Below are positions 15,695 through 33,522 of a DNA stretch of 64,000 nt, piece by piece; within the stretch, counting starts at the first letter, position 1; each line of letters begins with the position of its first letter. The notes under the pieces were generated by a model. That model was not told the DNA's origin. It made no database searches and saw only the letters and a list, made by a program, of their open reading frames with translations. The translations under genes and the position numbers were made by a program. Source of the DNA: the human T2T-CHM13v2.0 reference genome, Homo sapiens; the NCBI RefSeq assembly GCF_009914755.1, contig NC_060928.1; one strand, 5' to 3'.

Positions 15695-18004
15695 TCAGCA
15701 AGCTAAAACAAAGATTTAATTTAAAGAAAATGGTTTTAGGATAAGTACACTAATCAAAAAGAGTCTTCCTTTATCTGTGAAAGATTGTCTCTTTTCTTCC
15801 AAGTGCACATCTGAGAAGGGTCACTATATGTAGTGCTGAGGGAGAGGGGACTCTTGAGCAACACCTGTCAGTTACATCAGTGCTGGCGATCAGTGAGTGA
15901 CAGGTGTCATCACCTGTGCACCATCATGTTCATTTTGGACAAGAAAAGGAAGTACCTCCAACATGGTGAGTAGTAACTTATGAAACTAGTCACCACAGAA
16001 AGGGCATAGGCCAAAAATTTAAGTTCCAAAAGGATATATGTGAAATGATGAGTGATAGATCCATAGTGCCTCGCAGTTAGTTCTCATTCAATACACATTT
16101 GCAGAGTGAATAAATGAATATTTTGCTACTTGTTTTTCCCCTTTAGTGCATATTTCTAGATTGCCTTTTAATTATTTCCTTTCCCAGGAACCAGCTTTGC
16201 TTACATTGTAGCTACCTCCTGCTGGAGAATTCTGCATTTTATTTTAACTGCTTTATCTTAGTAGTTGGACAAACTTTTATGCCTTTATTATGTATACTGT
16301 CCTGACTAATGTACCTTCCACTTCTATGAATCTTGCAGAGAATTTCTTCACAGTACCCTACCTCTAGTGGAGTATGCACAATAGGGCTGTATTGTCCATG
16401 TTGTGAGCCATTTATTACCCAACAGAATAACCAGCTGTGAGAAGAAAACATAGCTCTAAATCTTGTCATCCTCCCCTTTCATGCAGCCCAGCTCTATTTT
16501 GCTTTTACTTGGACCTGACACTTTAAACATGTTTAACTTAGCCTGTCTTGCTGACTCTTGGATTTTCTTGAGAGAGTTGCATACGTAGGTCTTTCTTTTA
16601 AGAAATTTCAGCAAAGAAGAAAAGGAAAACCTCTGATAATTCCAGCATTCAGACATAACCATATTAATATTTTGGTATCTTACCTTCCATCTTCTCTGTG
16701 TACAAGCATGTTTGTATATAATATGTTTTTAAAAACATGTACTAAAGTCAAAAGTACAAAATTATAAAATATACTTTCTATGGATTTGCCCTCTTCCAAA
16801 AAAGCAAGAACATGTATTAAAATTGCGAATTATATATTTTAGGTACAGTTAGTGTTCATGGATTTCTGGTATTTGAACATGGGCTTTAATTTTAGTTTTT
16901 AAATTTATAACTGAATATATGCATATTCAGTTGGCCAGAGTCTGAATATCTAATTTTATGTTATGTTAGTCACCATTCTTTGCACCTCTAGTTGATGTCC
17001 TTCTTTGTCCTAACCATATTGTTGTGATCTCTCTGCTTTGTAACACTATCAGCATTTTGATTTACCTATCTTCACTGTTTTACATAATAATGATTTATGC
17101 AAATTAATAGACCCAATTTGCCTCAACTCTGGCACAGATGCTTGCACATTTGGCCTGTTGGCTGTTATAGGATCATTCTAAGTGTTTATTCCCTTAGCTC
17201 ATTGGTTTGACTTGTGGCACTCTTCACATTTTGGTAGGGCAATTTTTTGGTAAGTTCTGTTTAGTGCATTGCAGAATGTTTAGTGTCTCTGACCTTGTAT
17301 ACTACACGTTTTTAGCACCCATCAGTCAATGTGACAGCCAAATAAGGCTCCCCACACATTTCCACATTTAGTGTGTCGGGGGTGGGAGGGAGGACCATGG
17401 CTGGGTAACTGATGCATTGAAGTCCAAATTTCATGTAAAGGTGGCTTAGAAGTGAAAATGTGTAATTATCAAAGTGCTGGTTTTGAAATGTAAGAAATTT
17501 GAAGACCACAATTGCAATAACATTATGTATAGTTTGGGGTCTAAAGTTTTTCAAAGTATCATTATCATGAATCTTTTCTTGTATCATTAATATTTTCTTG
17601 AAAGCAATTGTAATGAATGCATAATCATCATATGTTACAGATTCATAATTAACCTGTCTATTATTATTGGACAATTGAATTGTTTTCAATTTTTTGCTGT
17701 TATAAATAATGTTACAGTTAACATCTTTATAGATAAAATCTAATTAGGTATTTATTAAACCCACAATAAGAAATATGCAAAAATTTTATTTTCTCTTTTG
17801 ATCTCTCTTTATACCTACTTTAGGTAAAGATGTTCTCAGAGCTATTTAGGGAAGATCAGAATAAGAGTAGCTTCTCTTTATTTCTTGGAAAGGCCTGGGA
17901 AGTCTTGTTTTCACATGTAACTTCTTGTATTTGTAGGAGATGCCTTTGGTCCTTGCATGCATCCATTTTTGCCCACCTCTGATTTCATTTGTAACTGGTG
18001 GATA

Positions 18005-18503
18005 GTTTCTTACAAATTCAGACTCACCTTCCATTGCTGGTGTTTCATCTCAAACCCAAGCTATACCCAGTCTTTCTGTATTCTGCTCAATGCCTTCTTC
18101 AGCAGCACAGGAACTCGGGAGTTTGCTGAGCCTGTATACCCAGTGCAGCATTGGAGGACTGTGGAGTTAATGCCCCTTCTTCCCCGCTCTATCTCCCTTC
18201 TGCTCCCATATCAGGGAGCTGAGGACAACCCTCAAATGGTTGAATAAATGTTTCAGCCTCTTGTCTTTCAGATGGACAATTGTGAGTGATATTCTAAGTG
18301 CTACTCATAGGTACTGGCAGAATGAGTCCCCTGTTGTCTCTAGCAGTCACCTCAGTAATGCTCTTACATTAGCTCTTTTTCCTTCCTGTATCATGCCTCC
18401 CATTCTCTTTCTCCTGCTTTATGATAAGATGACCTCCCAGAGAAGTTACTACACCCAAATCCTTGTCTTAGGCTCTGCTTTTGGGGAAACCCAAGCTAAG
18501 ATT
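18005..18503 (+). mobile_element. LTR16/LTR33-like ERVL LTR relic
   Basis: ggagttaatgcccc ... aaatccttgtcttaggctctgcttttggggaaacccaagctaaga 3' end. Confidence 0.65.
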
Positions 18504-18910
18504 CATGTTAGGACTTTTTTGTTTATTATGCTTCTTCTTAAATTCATATGATATACTTTAACGTAACTAAATGGCAAGTGAGAAAACAGCCTGGTGTGAC
18601 AGATTATAATTAGCAAAGATACAAAATCAGTGGGCCAAAGTTAAGTAGAACCTATAGGGGAAATAAAATATCATATGACCTAACTGAAGGTATTATTTTC
18701 TAGTAAATACCATTAGTCTTTAAATAGTTAACATAGTCTAAAATGTGCTTAGAATGGTCTTTTTCTATAGAATCTTTCTTGCTTATGACTTACATTCAAT
18801 AAATAAAATTGCCAACATAACAATAAGCTTCTTAGAAGATGCATTTATTACCCTCTGTAAATGTACACACCAGAAATCCCAGTTGGTTTCAAGTTCATTA
18901 TTGAACATTA

Positions 18911-19382
<472 letters not shown>

Positions 19383-19395
19383 TGAAAGTAACAAA

Positions 19396-19705
<310 letters not shown>

Positions 19706-19799
19706 TCATCAGTAAGTTAGTCTGTAATTGTATTTTGGGGACATGTTGCTTCTGCCTGAGAAGTTATAATAATAATAGTTATAGTAAAGTGATATTGTG

Positions 19800-19995
19800 G
19801 CATATATCACTTTACACAAGCCTGCTCATCTTTAATGCTGTGTCAGCCTTGTGAAGTAGGTACTGTTATCCCCATTGTATAGATAAGGACACTGAGGTTT
19901 AGAGAAGTTAAGGTACCTACGTCCAATAGCTATTGAGTGACAGTGTGGATACCCATCCCTGCCTGCCTAACTGAGCTCTGCCTTTAAACTCTTCA
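19800..19995 (-). mobile_element. MIR
   Basis: gtaggtactgttatccccattgtatagataaggacactgaggtttagagaagttaag core. Confidence 0.8.
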
Positions 19996-20833
19996 TGCCA
20001 GTTCCCTGTCTCATCAGATAGATTCTGAGGCCTCTAGGCATCAGCTGGATATCCCTAAGGACAGTGTTGGAGGAACTGCTGAGTGGATTCATGGTCAACT
20101 ACCAAGTGTTCTGTTCCTTCTCGTTTTGCTTACAGGCACAACCAATGTCAGACAGATGCCTCGATTACTTCTAACTGCAATGTAAATTTAAATTCTGATA
20201 TCCCAAAACAGGTTTTCAGAGGAGCAAATCCAGGCACACTAACTTCAGCAACAGGTCAGAGGTGAGGCCTGTCTGTACATCCTGATTTCTTTCTTTATGG
20301 CACACTGTGGGCAGGAAATAGTTCCTCACTGGACAGTACTAATTATAATAAATTATTGTATCAGAATTTTATTCAATTGTATCATAGAAGGATTTTAGTT
20401 GCCCCTCCCTTGACCCTAAAATGTATTGTACATGTGCCCTAAAGAGCCATTTATGAAGAAACTTCAAGTAACATACTAGATATAACAGGAGAAGGTAGTA
20501 GAAGATAAGCGTTTGCTGAGATCCTCCGAAGCAAGCTAGGTGTTATAATCTCATGAATGTATAAATTAGCATTCAATTGTTATCATAACTGCCTCTGTGC
20601 ATTAATGATCCTATGGCAATAATTTTGTTTTTCTCTTTGTTATTGATGTAAAGCGACTGGCAGTTGATTAAAAGTAAAGAGTATTGATTACATTAATAAC
20701 ATATTGTCTTTATGATGCTTTATAATTCACAAAGCCTCTTCCCCTAAGCTTTTGAGCAACTCCAGGTAGTCAAGAGGCAACTTTATCCCTACTTTTACAG
20801 GTTATGGGACTGAAGCTCAGAGAGGCTAAATAA

Positions 20834-21168
<335 letters not shown>

Positions 21169-21759
21169 CCCCTCATTCTTCTAACTTTTAAGCCACAGTA
21201 AATCTTACCAGTTTGATTGAATTTCTTGTTGTTTTTCAATGGCTACTAATAGACTGAATTGGTTGGAAAGGAAGAATGGGATGAGGAGTAATGATTAAGA
21301 TACTATTAAGAGTTTAGTTGATTCTATAACTGTTACAAATTATACAATTGAAGGCTACTCTTAGAGTTGGGTGGTACAAAGAGCTTATATAATCATCCTC
21401 CATCTTTACCCTGCATATTTGAGGAAAAAAAAAGGATTATCCTAATTATTTCTAATATATCACACAGAAATGTTACAAGGTAGATGAATGCCAAATGACA
21501 CTTTGAAATGGCTTGGAAGAAAAAGGACATGAATTTAAGTCAGCAGTACTGAATTATCATACCCTGAGAGAAAGGAACGTAATGTTCTACAGTGGCCGTA
21601 CACAGAAGAAATAAAGCAAATTTTATCCCTTAAGCTTCTACACTGTAATAAAATAAGGGGCAGAGTATATTAAATAGAGCATTATTATTTTGTTCTTGTT
21701 CCTGCTTAATGTTAAGTCACAAAATTATAATGTCACTATAAGTTATTACCAAGGAATAA

Positions 21760-22151
<392 letters not shown>

Positions 22152-23821
22152 GAGCATTTTTAATAATTATATGTATATGTTTCTGAATTATAAAAGGACA
22201 ACATGCTGCTTGTAAAAAGAACTTGAAGAATCAAGTGTTAGAAAGCAAAAGACAAAAGTCTGTTCTCTACATTGTCTCTCACTTCACACATCCTGTGGTA
22301 ACCTGTAGTGTATATTTGTTTATTTTAAAGAAAAAATTTTTAATAAGGAATAGAAAATCTAATGTTTCTGAAATGTGGGATAAAATATGTAAAATAACCA
22401 AATTATTTATTGGCCAAGAGATTTCAATGGATGGAAACTAAAAGTTAAAATCTACTAAGAAAGATATCTGGAACTTTAGATTTTGAAAAGCAATTCTGGA
22501 CTGCAAGGATGTTTCGTTTCTTTTAGAAATGTCAGTTTGATTTAAAAGTGAGGATCCTCTGAGGCACTTTAAAAACCAATAATGTAGATTGTAATTTTGA
22601 TAAAATCTGCTCTAATCACTTCAAGATTAAGTTATATATATGCCTCCATGGGTGTGCCCACAGCGCCCCAAACTTAATCCATCATACACCTTATCACATG
22701 GTCCCTGATTTATGATGGCTTCGACTTTATGATGGTGTGAAGCAATGTGCATTTGGTCGAAACTGTACTTTGAATTTTGATCTGTTCCTGGGTTAGCAAT
22801 ATGCAGTACAATACTCTGTCTCGATGTGGGGCAGCAGCAGCAAGCTACAGCTCCCAGCCAGCCACGCATCATGCAGGTCAACAACCAATACTCTGCTGTG
22901 TATTGTGTGACTGGCGTTTCTTGGACATTGTGTTTCGCGCTTTTGCATCCTGTCATGTCTACAGTATGCTCATCTATGCCTCCTGCTTCTGGTGAGAAGA
23001 AGAGGAAGGCAATTACTCTTGAGATGAAACTCAAGATAATCGCCCTGCATGAAGACGGCAAGGGATTAATGGCCATTGCACAAGAGTTGGGACTTTCACG
23101 ATCCATGATCCTCAACCATCTTAAAGAATAAGAAGTGAATCAGTGAGGCAGTGAAATCGTCAGCATTAGTTAAATCCACTGTCACGAAGAAAAGAGCTTG
23201 GCTGATTGATAATATCGAAAAATTACTTGTCATGTGGATGTAAGACCAGATATCGAAGGGCATACTACTTACTGATGATGCCAGCTAGGGCAAGAAGTGT
23301 TTTTGATTACACTAAAAGAGTGAATGAATGTGTCGATGATCCTATTATACACAAGTGTTTATGGCAAGTCATAGGTGATTCCAGTGCTTCAAAAGGCATC
23401 ATAATTTTCTTAATGTGAAGGTCAGCAGAGAGTCAGCAAGCGCTGATATTGAATGTGTCAAAGCTTTTAGGAAGAGCTGTACACGATAATTGTGGATAAT
23501 AAATATTTCCTAGGACAAATATTTTATGTAAATAAAATAGGGTTGCTCTGGAAGCAACCTGTCAAGAACTTAAGGCATTCAGACTGTGTATTGCTGCTTT
23601 TGGGTGGAAATGTTGCAGGGTTCAAATTAAAGCTTTTCCTAATTTACAACTCAGGGAACCCAAGAACACTCAAGAATGTGAGCAAGCATTCGCTTCTTAT
23701 TTATTATCACCATAACAAGACACCCTGGAGGACCTCAGCATTGTTCGAAGACTGGCTTTTGAACTGTTTTGTTCCACAGGCAAGAGAATATTGTAAGCAA
23801 AAAACGACTTCATTCAAGATC

Positions 23822-24123
23822 TTTTATTTTTATTTTTAGAGAGACAGTCTTGTTCTGTCACCCAGGCTGGAGTGCAATGGTGTGATCATAGCTCACTGTA
23901 ACCTTGAATTCCTGGACTCAAATGATCCTCCTGGCACAGCCTCCCAAGTAGCTAGGATCACAGGTGCACACCAGCACACTTGACTGATTTTTAAAAAATT
24001 TTTTGTAGAGTCAAGATTTTACTATGTTGCCCAGGCTGGTCTCAAACTCCTGGACTGAAGCAGTCCTCCCACCTCAGCCTCCCAGAGCACTAGGATTATA
24101 AGCACGAGCCACTGTACCTGGCC
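23822..24123 (-). mobile_element. AluJ within Tigger5
   Basis: TSD cattcaagat. Confidence 0.9.
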
Positions 24124-24828
24124 CCATTCAAGATTCTTCTGATCTTAGACAGTGCTCCAGGGCACCCACAGCATATAGGTGACATGCATTCTTATGGAAA
24201 GTTATGAGTTTGCTGCCAAACACAACCACACTCAACTCATGGACCAAGGCACAATAGCTGCATTCAAAGCACACTATGCCAGGCATTTGCTCCGGCTGTT
24301 GAAGTGAATGAATCTGGCTGAATGCTCCTAGAGTTCTGGAAAAGTTTTAACATTCTAAATGCTATCCAGAATATCACTGGAGCATGGAAAGAAGTCACAC
24401 AGCAATGCATGAATGGCATTTGGAAAAAAGTTTTGAAGACATGTGAACACATTCAAAGGCCTTAGCAAGGTTCTGCTGTTGATGAAACAGTAACAAGATA
24501 CTAGTGCTTGGAGAATAGCTAGAATTGATGAAGAGGATATTTATTAACTTCTTGGCATTGAATCTGAAGAGCTTTCCAATGAGGAGATAATCAAACTGGA
24601 GGAAGAAAGAAGTTGAGAAAGAGGAAGAAGTTATACCTGAGGCACCAAGAAAGTTAACGGCAAAGAAACTGGCAGAGATATTTGCCACTATCAGCAGTGC
24701 CATTCAGAAGTTAGAAGAAAGGGATGTCATTATTCACAGGAGCTGACACACAGTACAGGATGCTCTTGCTTGCTACAGAGAAATATATAATGAAAAGGAG
24801 AACAAACTGTATAGTCCAAACCTGATGT

Positions 24829-25147
<319 letters not shown>

Positions 25148-26500
25148 CTTGATGTCTTCCTGAAGAACACTATGCCTGCTAAACCATTAACAAGTATCGA
25201 TGCCCCAGTGCCTTCTCCCAGCTACTCTCAGGCCTCATCAGAAGAGAAATTAATGACCCTGTTGCAGTAGCATCCCCATCATCCAGCAATTAATTTTAGT
25301 TCAATGCTTCAAACATTCTTCAGGCCCAGTATGCATTCACCTGTGTATGTTACTTAATTGTGAGTATCCATGCAGCTATCCTGTTTTTCACTTTCAGTAC
25401 AGTATTCAATAAATTACATGAGATATATTCAACACTTTATTATAAAATGGGCTTTGTGTTAGAAGATGTTACCCCTGTAGGCTAGTGTAAGCATGCTGAG
25501 CACATTTGAGTTGTAAGCTAGGCTAATCTTTGAAGTTTATTTTAATAGGTTAGGTGCATTTTCAGCTTATGATATTTTCAACTTACAGTGGGTTCTTGGA
25601 ATGAACTCATCATAAGCTAAAGAGCATCCATATTACAATTACAATCACTCTTTGATCTCATGGAGTAGGGACTGTATCTTGTTTACTAGTAGATTTCCAG
25701 AGTCTAGTGCATTATATAGCAAATATAATAAATGGTCAATAAATGGTTTTGGGAGAAAGAGAGGATACAGGGTGAGGTACAGTATCTCATCGTTCTGAGG
25801 AATGCAGTTTCCATTGAGTATACAGTAGTCAGAAAATTATTTCTTTAGGTTGTCTTAAATTATCTGCAAAGAAAAATTTTTGTTTAGGTTGTTGTAAGTC
25901 TTTTCCTTAATGATTTTTCCTTAATGCATTGGTCCTCAGTGTTAAAGCTCAGACATGATTCAGTTTTAGCCTTTTTCTATCATCATTTTAGTTACAAATG
26001 GGTGTCCTAGATTAGGGTTTCTGTTGACCAGTGTCCTACAGTCTGAGGTAACTCCTCAAGTGAAATTTAGGTTCTAAGACTGTGACAAAACTGGCTTGTT
26101 AGCACTGTTTACACTAAGCACTTGATTCTCTCCTACATAATTTCCTTCTGGACTAATTTTACAGTTCTCACCAATCCCAAATTCCTTCCTGAAATTCTTA
26201 GAGGAGATATGTGGAAGATTTTTCTGGCAGAGAAAATTTACAAGAAAAAAAGTTCTTATCACAAATTTTCTTTTCCAGTGATTATAAATAAGCTGTTTTA
26301 AAGAAGAGTGTAAAAGCCTTTATAGAAGAGATTTAGTAGATTTAATACTCAAAAATTTAATATTCAGAAATCATGGCTGTAGTACATAGGTGCTATCATC
26401 TCTGTCGCTACATAGATAAATAGTTATAATTCAGAATACACAGACTCATGAAAAGTCCATTGAGAATCAGGATTTTTTTTTTTAATTAAAAAGAAATCCT

Positions 26501-26805
<305 letters not shown>

Positions 26806-27469
26806 GAAGCCTGGATAGCGTTCGTACTTGCAAGACTGTAGTAAACAACTTGAGGAGCATTAGCTGCATTTTGTCACATTATAATTAAAACAGGCTGATT
26901 TTCTTTCTTTTAGGACAAAACAAATTTTATTTGGAGATATTTGTTCAACACTAAGGGGTAAATAGAACAAAGAAGGACAAAATATAGGCATTAATATGTT
27001 AAAATTGCTAATGTCATATGTTGAATTAGTGGATGAATTATGAACATTTGCTAGGGATATTTAGTTTTCAGTTCTAGTCTTCTATTATTTACCACTATTT
27101 CTAAATTTAGTTTTTTAATATTTTCAGAAATTTCCTCAATATACTTTATGCCCAAATAAATCCTAATTCTTCACTTTTTTTGTGACTGACAGAAGATGAC
27201 CAGTGTTTGCTGGCATGTATCTGGAAGCATTTTGGAAGGAATGACAAAAGGAGTAGTTTAGTTTTTTGTTGTTGAAGAATTAAATTAATCTCAATAATTA
27301 CTTGAGGATAAGGTGGTATGATACATGATTTCAGGGAATTGAAAGAGTCTAGGTTTTGCCTCCTCAAATGGAATCTGTCAAGCATTTTAGGAAATCAACA
27401 GCTTTTTGCTGTGCTCCCATAGCAGTTTTTCATAACTCTATTACAGCAACTGTCACATTATCTTGTAGT

Positions 27470-28680
<1,211 letters not shown>

Positions 28681-29074
28681 TATAGAGAGAAAATAATTTC
28701 TACCCTTCTGCAAAATTGAGATTTTCTTGAGAGAGGGCAAAGTGAGGTTCTAAAAGGTTAAGGACGTGGGCGCAGGCCCTGCAGATAGAGCCAGGACGTC
28801 GATACAGGCAGTCTGCCTCTGAAGCCTGCACCTTGCTTGTTTGTCTTTATGGTTAGAATTATAGACTGGAGTCTAGGAGGAAGGGCATTCAAGGCAAAGG
28901 AAGCCACGGCCAAAGGTGTAGAAGCCACCGAAGAGTGAAATGTTTGGAGCAGCAGTTTAGGACTTGGTGCTAAAGAATTATTTGTGGGACCTGTTAGGTA
29001 GGGTCTTAGCGAAATTTAGATTATGTTTTCTTCATCTCCCTAAATTAAAATTGAGTCAGTCCTCCTTAGAACTT

Positions 29075-29215
29075 TTCTTTTATTTTTTCTAATTTTTTAT
29101 TTTTATTTTCTTGAGATGGAGTCTTGCTCTATCACCCAGGCTGGAGTGCAGTGCTGCAATCTTGGCTCACTGCAACCTCTGCCTTCTGGGTTCAAGCGAT
29201 TCTCTTCCCTCAGCC
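29075..29215 (-). mobile_element. 5'-truncated Alu (right-arm part only)
   Basis: Tail plus ~105 nt of right arm; TSD ttaga(a/g)ctttt. Confidence 0.85.
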
Positions 29216-29289
29216 TTAAGAGCTTAAGTTAGAGCTTTTGTCCAGCCTAGACTGTTTACTAGAAATTTGATTTGAGGAACCTGAAAATA

Positions 29290-30088
29290 TAGGAATAAAA
29301 ACCAGTGTTTTTTCTATTGTCTTAACAACAATCAACACAGAAGACTTCTGTGACCCCTAGTCACCAAGAATTGCATGGAGATTTCTCACCACCAGCCATC
29401 AATCAGTTAATTCTGCAATGGATACCAGCTGGGTATCCTCTAATTCAATTTGATTCTGACACTGTATACCTGGAGATAGCTTCCCATGATAATCTAAAGA
29501 CACTAGTTGTTTTACCTATGCTGCTGACTGACTATAAATCAGGGTTCCCACTGTCCTCTCCTCGGGTTCTATTAATTTATTAGAGTGGCTCACAGAAAAC
29601 TCAAGGAAACACATCTACTGGTTTACTATATAGGATATTACAAAGGATACAGATGGAGAGATGCATAGGGCAAAACATGTGGGAAGGGTGTGGCACTTCT
29701 GTCCACTCTCTGGGGATGCCATTCCCCCGGAGCATTTATGTGTTCAACTACCTGGAAGCTCTCCAAACACAGTCCTTTTGGATTTTTAGGGAAGCTTTAT
29801 TATGTAGGAATGATTCATTAAACGTTTGGCCATTGGTGATCAACTTAACCTTCAGCTTCTCCCCCACTTCCTGGAGATTGGGCAGTGGGGCTGAAAGTCC
29901 CAACCCTCTAATCCTGCCTTGGTCCTTCTAGTGAGTAGCTCCCGTCCTGAAGCTACCTAGGAGCTGGCAGCTATCGGTCAACACATTAGCATATAAAAGA
30001 CACTTACCACTTTGAAGATTCCAAGGATTTTAAGAGCTTCTGCCAGGAAACGGGGAAGTAGACCAAATATATATTTCATAGTATTACA
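29290..30088 (-). mobile_element. MER21-type LTR
   Basis: accagctgggtatcctctaattcaatt...gacactgtatacctggagatagc; gagtggctcacagaaaactcaaggaaacac. Confidence 0.75.
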
Positions 30089-30138
30089 GGAAACATAGCT
30101 GCTTTTTTTCTTTTTATCAGATTAAAAAAGAATTCTTG

Positions 30139-30427
30139 TTGGGTGCGGTGGCTTGTGCCTATAATCCCAGCTACTTGAGAGGCTGAAGTGGGAGCATCAC
30201 TTGAGGCAGGAATTCAAGACCAGCATGGTCAACATAGCAATACCTTGTCTCTGAAAAAATAAAATAAAAAACAGCCAGATTTCGTGGTGCAAGCCTGTAG
30301 TCGCAGCTACTCAGGAGGCTGAGGAGAGAGGATCACTTGAGCCCAGGAGTTGGAGGCTGCAGTGAGCTATGATCATACCTCTACATTCCAGCCTGGGTGA
30401 CAAAGTGAGACCCCATCTCTAAAAAAA
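30139..30427 (+). mobile_element. AluJ
   Basis: gatcacttgagcccaggag and gtgagctatgatc diagnostics. Confidence 0.9.
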
Positions 30428-30523
30428 TTTTTTTCTTCATTATCTAAATTTTTTTTTCTTGGGAGTTTTCAGTCAGATAATATAAGTCAGATGATACATA
30501 AATGATTTCAGCTGCAAAATTCT

Positions 30524-30946
<423 letters not shown>

Positions 30947-32106
30947 TGACAACATACAGAATTCTTTTTGATTCTTTATATGATAGTTTATTCTCTTTTT
31001 CACCTTTTCTGCCTAGATACTCAATTTCTGGACAGAAGTCAGTGGCAACTCAGATGAGATCAAGCTAGTATAATTTGCCATAGAGGATAATCTTTCAGAG
31101 GAAGCAAGTTATTATATAAATAATTTCCGCTCAATTAGAAACTGAGTATGCACACAATCTGTACAGTTCTGTTTGTTGTGATGTTTAACACCACACTACA
31201 CACGGGCACTTGATTTGTGGCTTCTGATGTCAACACATTTCTAGTTGATGAGCTTTACTCATCTCTCATGTTTTGTGACTCTAGGAATCTGTTTTTCTTT
31301 TCAACTATCACACCTCTTTTATTTTTCATCTCCCAACATCAGATAACTAGATAGGAATGTGAAACTCCTTCACATAGCTCTTTTTTATTCAGAAAATAAA
31401 TAATAGAAATTGAGTGCCTGTGGCATATGTACTAAATATTGTGGTAAATATTAAATATATGCTTTGGACACAATACATGTTCGCAGGATTTTCCTTTAAA
31501 AAGTGCAGTGCAAAGTGCAGTAAGGAAAAAAAGAGGAAGTATAGTTTCAGTTATTAATTTATTATCCGTCAGCCCCAAATCTATAGTTCTTTGCCCTGCT
31601 TTGTGATATTGGAGTTGGACTCTGTCAACATTTCTCCTTTACCAGCTGTGCAGCTTTAGGCTCTGTCAGTGCAGGACCTGGGGAGACAATGCATGGTGGC
31701 AACAGTAGATCGGTACTGTCCTTCCAGTTCTGTTTCACCTTCCTTTATTCAGCCCAGGGGTCCTCACAGATCAACTTAAGCAGCACTCTCAGACCTTTCT
31801 CTCCCCACCTGCAGGCTGTTTCTCAGGCAGCTCCAGCCCAGTCTTCTGGCTGGTTTCCTCCCACCAAGAGGGCTGGTCTAGAGAACAGCTTGGTCCTGTT
31901 TACACTGCTGACAAACGGCAGGCCCCTTTCACAGCCCACCTCTGGCTCTTTGGCGCTGATGCTTGTGTATTTCTCATGTAGCCAATAACCACACCCTCTT
32001 TGAAGAGGTCCGAATCTCAGCCTAGATAAATGTTATTAAGGAGCACTAAGATCCAAAGAACAAAACTGAAATAATACATCCCTCCATTATTGAAATTTAT
32101 TTACAG

Positions 32107-32266
32107 CAGAGGTCAGTGTACTTTCTCTGTGAAGGGCCAGATAGTAAATATTTTAGGTTTTCTGACCACATATGTATCTGTTTCATATTCTTCTTTTTCT
32201 TAAACAGTGTTTTGAAAAGATTAAAAAAAATCTTAGCTCATGGGCCATGGTTTGCTGAACGCTGGT
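32107..32266. mobile_element. MER58A hAT MITE
   Basis: ctgtgaagggccagatagtaaatattttagg ... gggccatggtttgctgaacgctg. Confidence 0.75.
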
Positions 32267-32569
32267 TCAGAGTATGCATAAAGTAAAATCTTGCTTTTTT
32301 CAACTAGAGAAATCTAATCTAAAATAGTGAGAAGTCTGAATTTTAGACTTACCATTTATTGTTGCATAACAAATCTCTCTAAAATTTAGTGGTTTAAGAC
32401 AGCAGTAATAATTTATTGCTCTCACAGTTTATGTGGGGCAGGAATTTGGGAGCAGATTACCTAGGCGGTACCAGCTCAGTGTCTCGAATGAGATTGTGGG
32501 TGCTGGTTAAAGTGGTGATGATTTTTTAGTTTTTAAATTTTTTATCCCTTTTATGTCTTCTGTCATTGC

Positions 32570-32868
32570 TTTTTTTTTTTTTTTTTTAAGGTGGAGTCTC
32601 ACTCTGTTGCCCAGGCTGGAGTGCAATGGCGCGATCTTGATTCACTGCAACCTCCACCTCCCGGTTCAAGTGATTCTCTTGCCTCAGCCTCCCAAGTAGC
32701 TGGGACTATAGATGCACACCACCATGCCTGGCTTATTTTTGTATTTTTAGTAGAGACAGGGTTTCGCCATGTTGGCCAGGCTGATCTCGAACTCCTGACC
32801 TCCAGTGATCCGCCTGCCTCGGCCTCCCAAAGTGCTGGGATTACAGGCATGAGCCACCACACCTGCCC
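32570..32868 (-). mobile_element. AluS
   Basis: TSD tgtcattgc. Confidence 0.93.
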
Positions 32869-33219
32869 TGTCATTGCCAATTTTTATATCAGCACTATCT
32901 TGATAGGTGTCAGGGTGGAATGGCCAAGTGAATGTCAAGCCCTGAGGCTGATATGCCAAAATAATGATTATGAAACTACAATATAGGTAAGAAGGTGTGA
33001 GGTTAGAAAGTAGAGATGTAAGGAGGTGACATGTGATAGAAATACATACATTGTATTATAGGAAGGGATCCAAAATGAAATGTATGACTATAAATTTATA
33101 ACAGAAGCGACAGAAGTGAAGAAATACCTACTGAAAAAATAAAATTTAAACCATTCCAGTTTTCAGATGAAGTCTTTTGTTTTGCGTGTATTTGGATAGA
33201 ACATAATATTTTATAATGA

Positions 33220-33522
33220 ATTATTATTATTTTTTTTTTGAGACAAAGTCTCGGTCTGTCGCCCGGGCTGGAGTGCAGTGGCGCGATCTCGGCTCACTGT
33301 AAGCTCCGCCTCCCGGGTTCACGCCATTGTCCTGCCTCAGCCTCCTGAGTAGCTGGGACTACAGGCATGCACCACCACGCCCAGCTAATTTTTTTGTATT
33401 TTTAGTAGAGACAAGGTTTCACAGTGTTAGCCAGGATGGTCTCGATCTCCTGACCTCATAATCTGCATGCCTCGGCCTCCCAAAGTGCTGGGATTACAGG
33501 CATGAGCCACTGCACTCAGCCT
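33220..33522 (-). mobile_element. AluY
   Basis: aagctccgcctcccgggttcacgccatt diagnostic. Confidence 0.93.

Noticed and set aside
22826-24290. Possible TIGD/JRK-like domesticated gene
   Set aside because: Stops, frameshifts, Alu insertion in the DDE domain and decayed catalytic motif.
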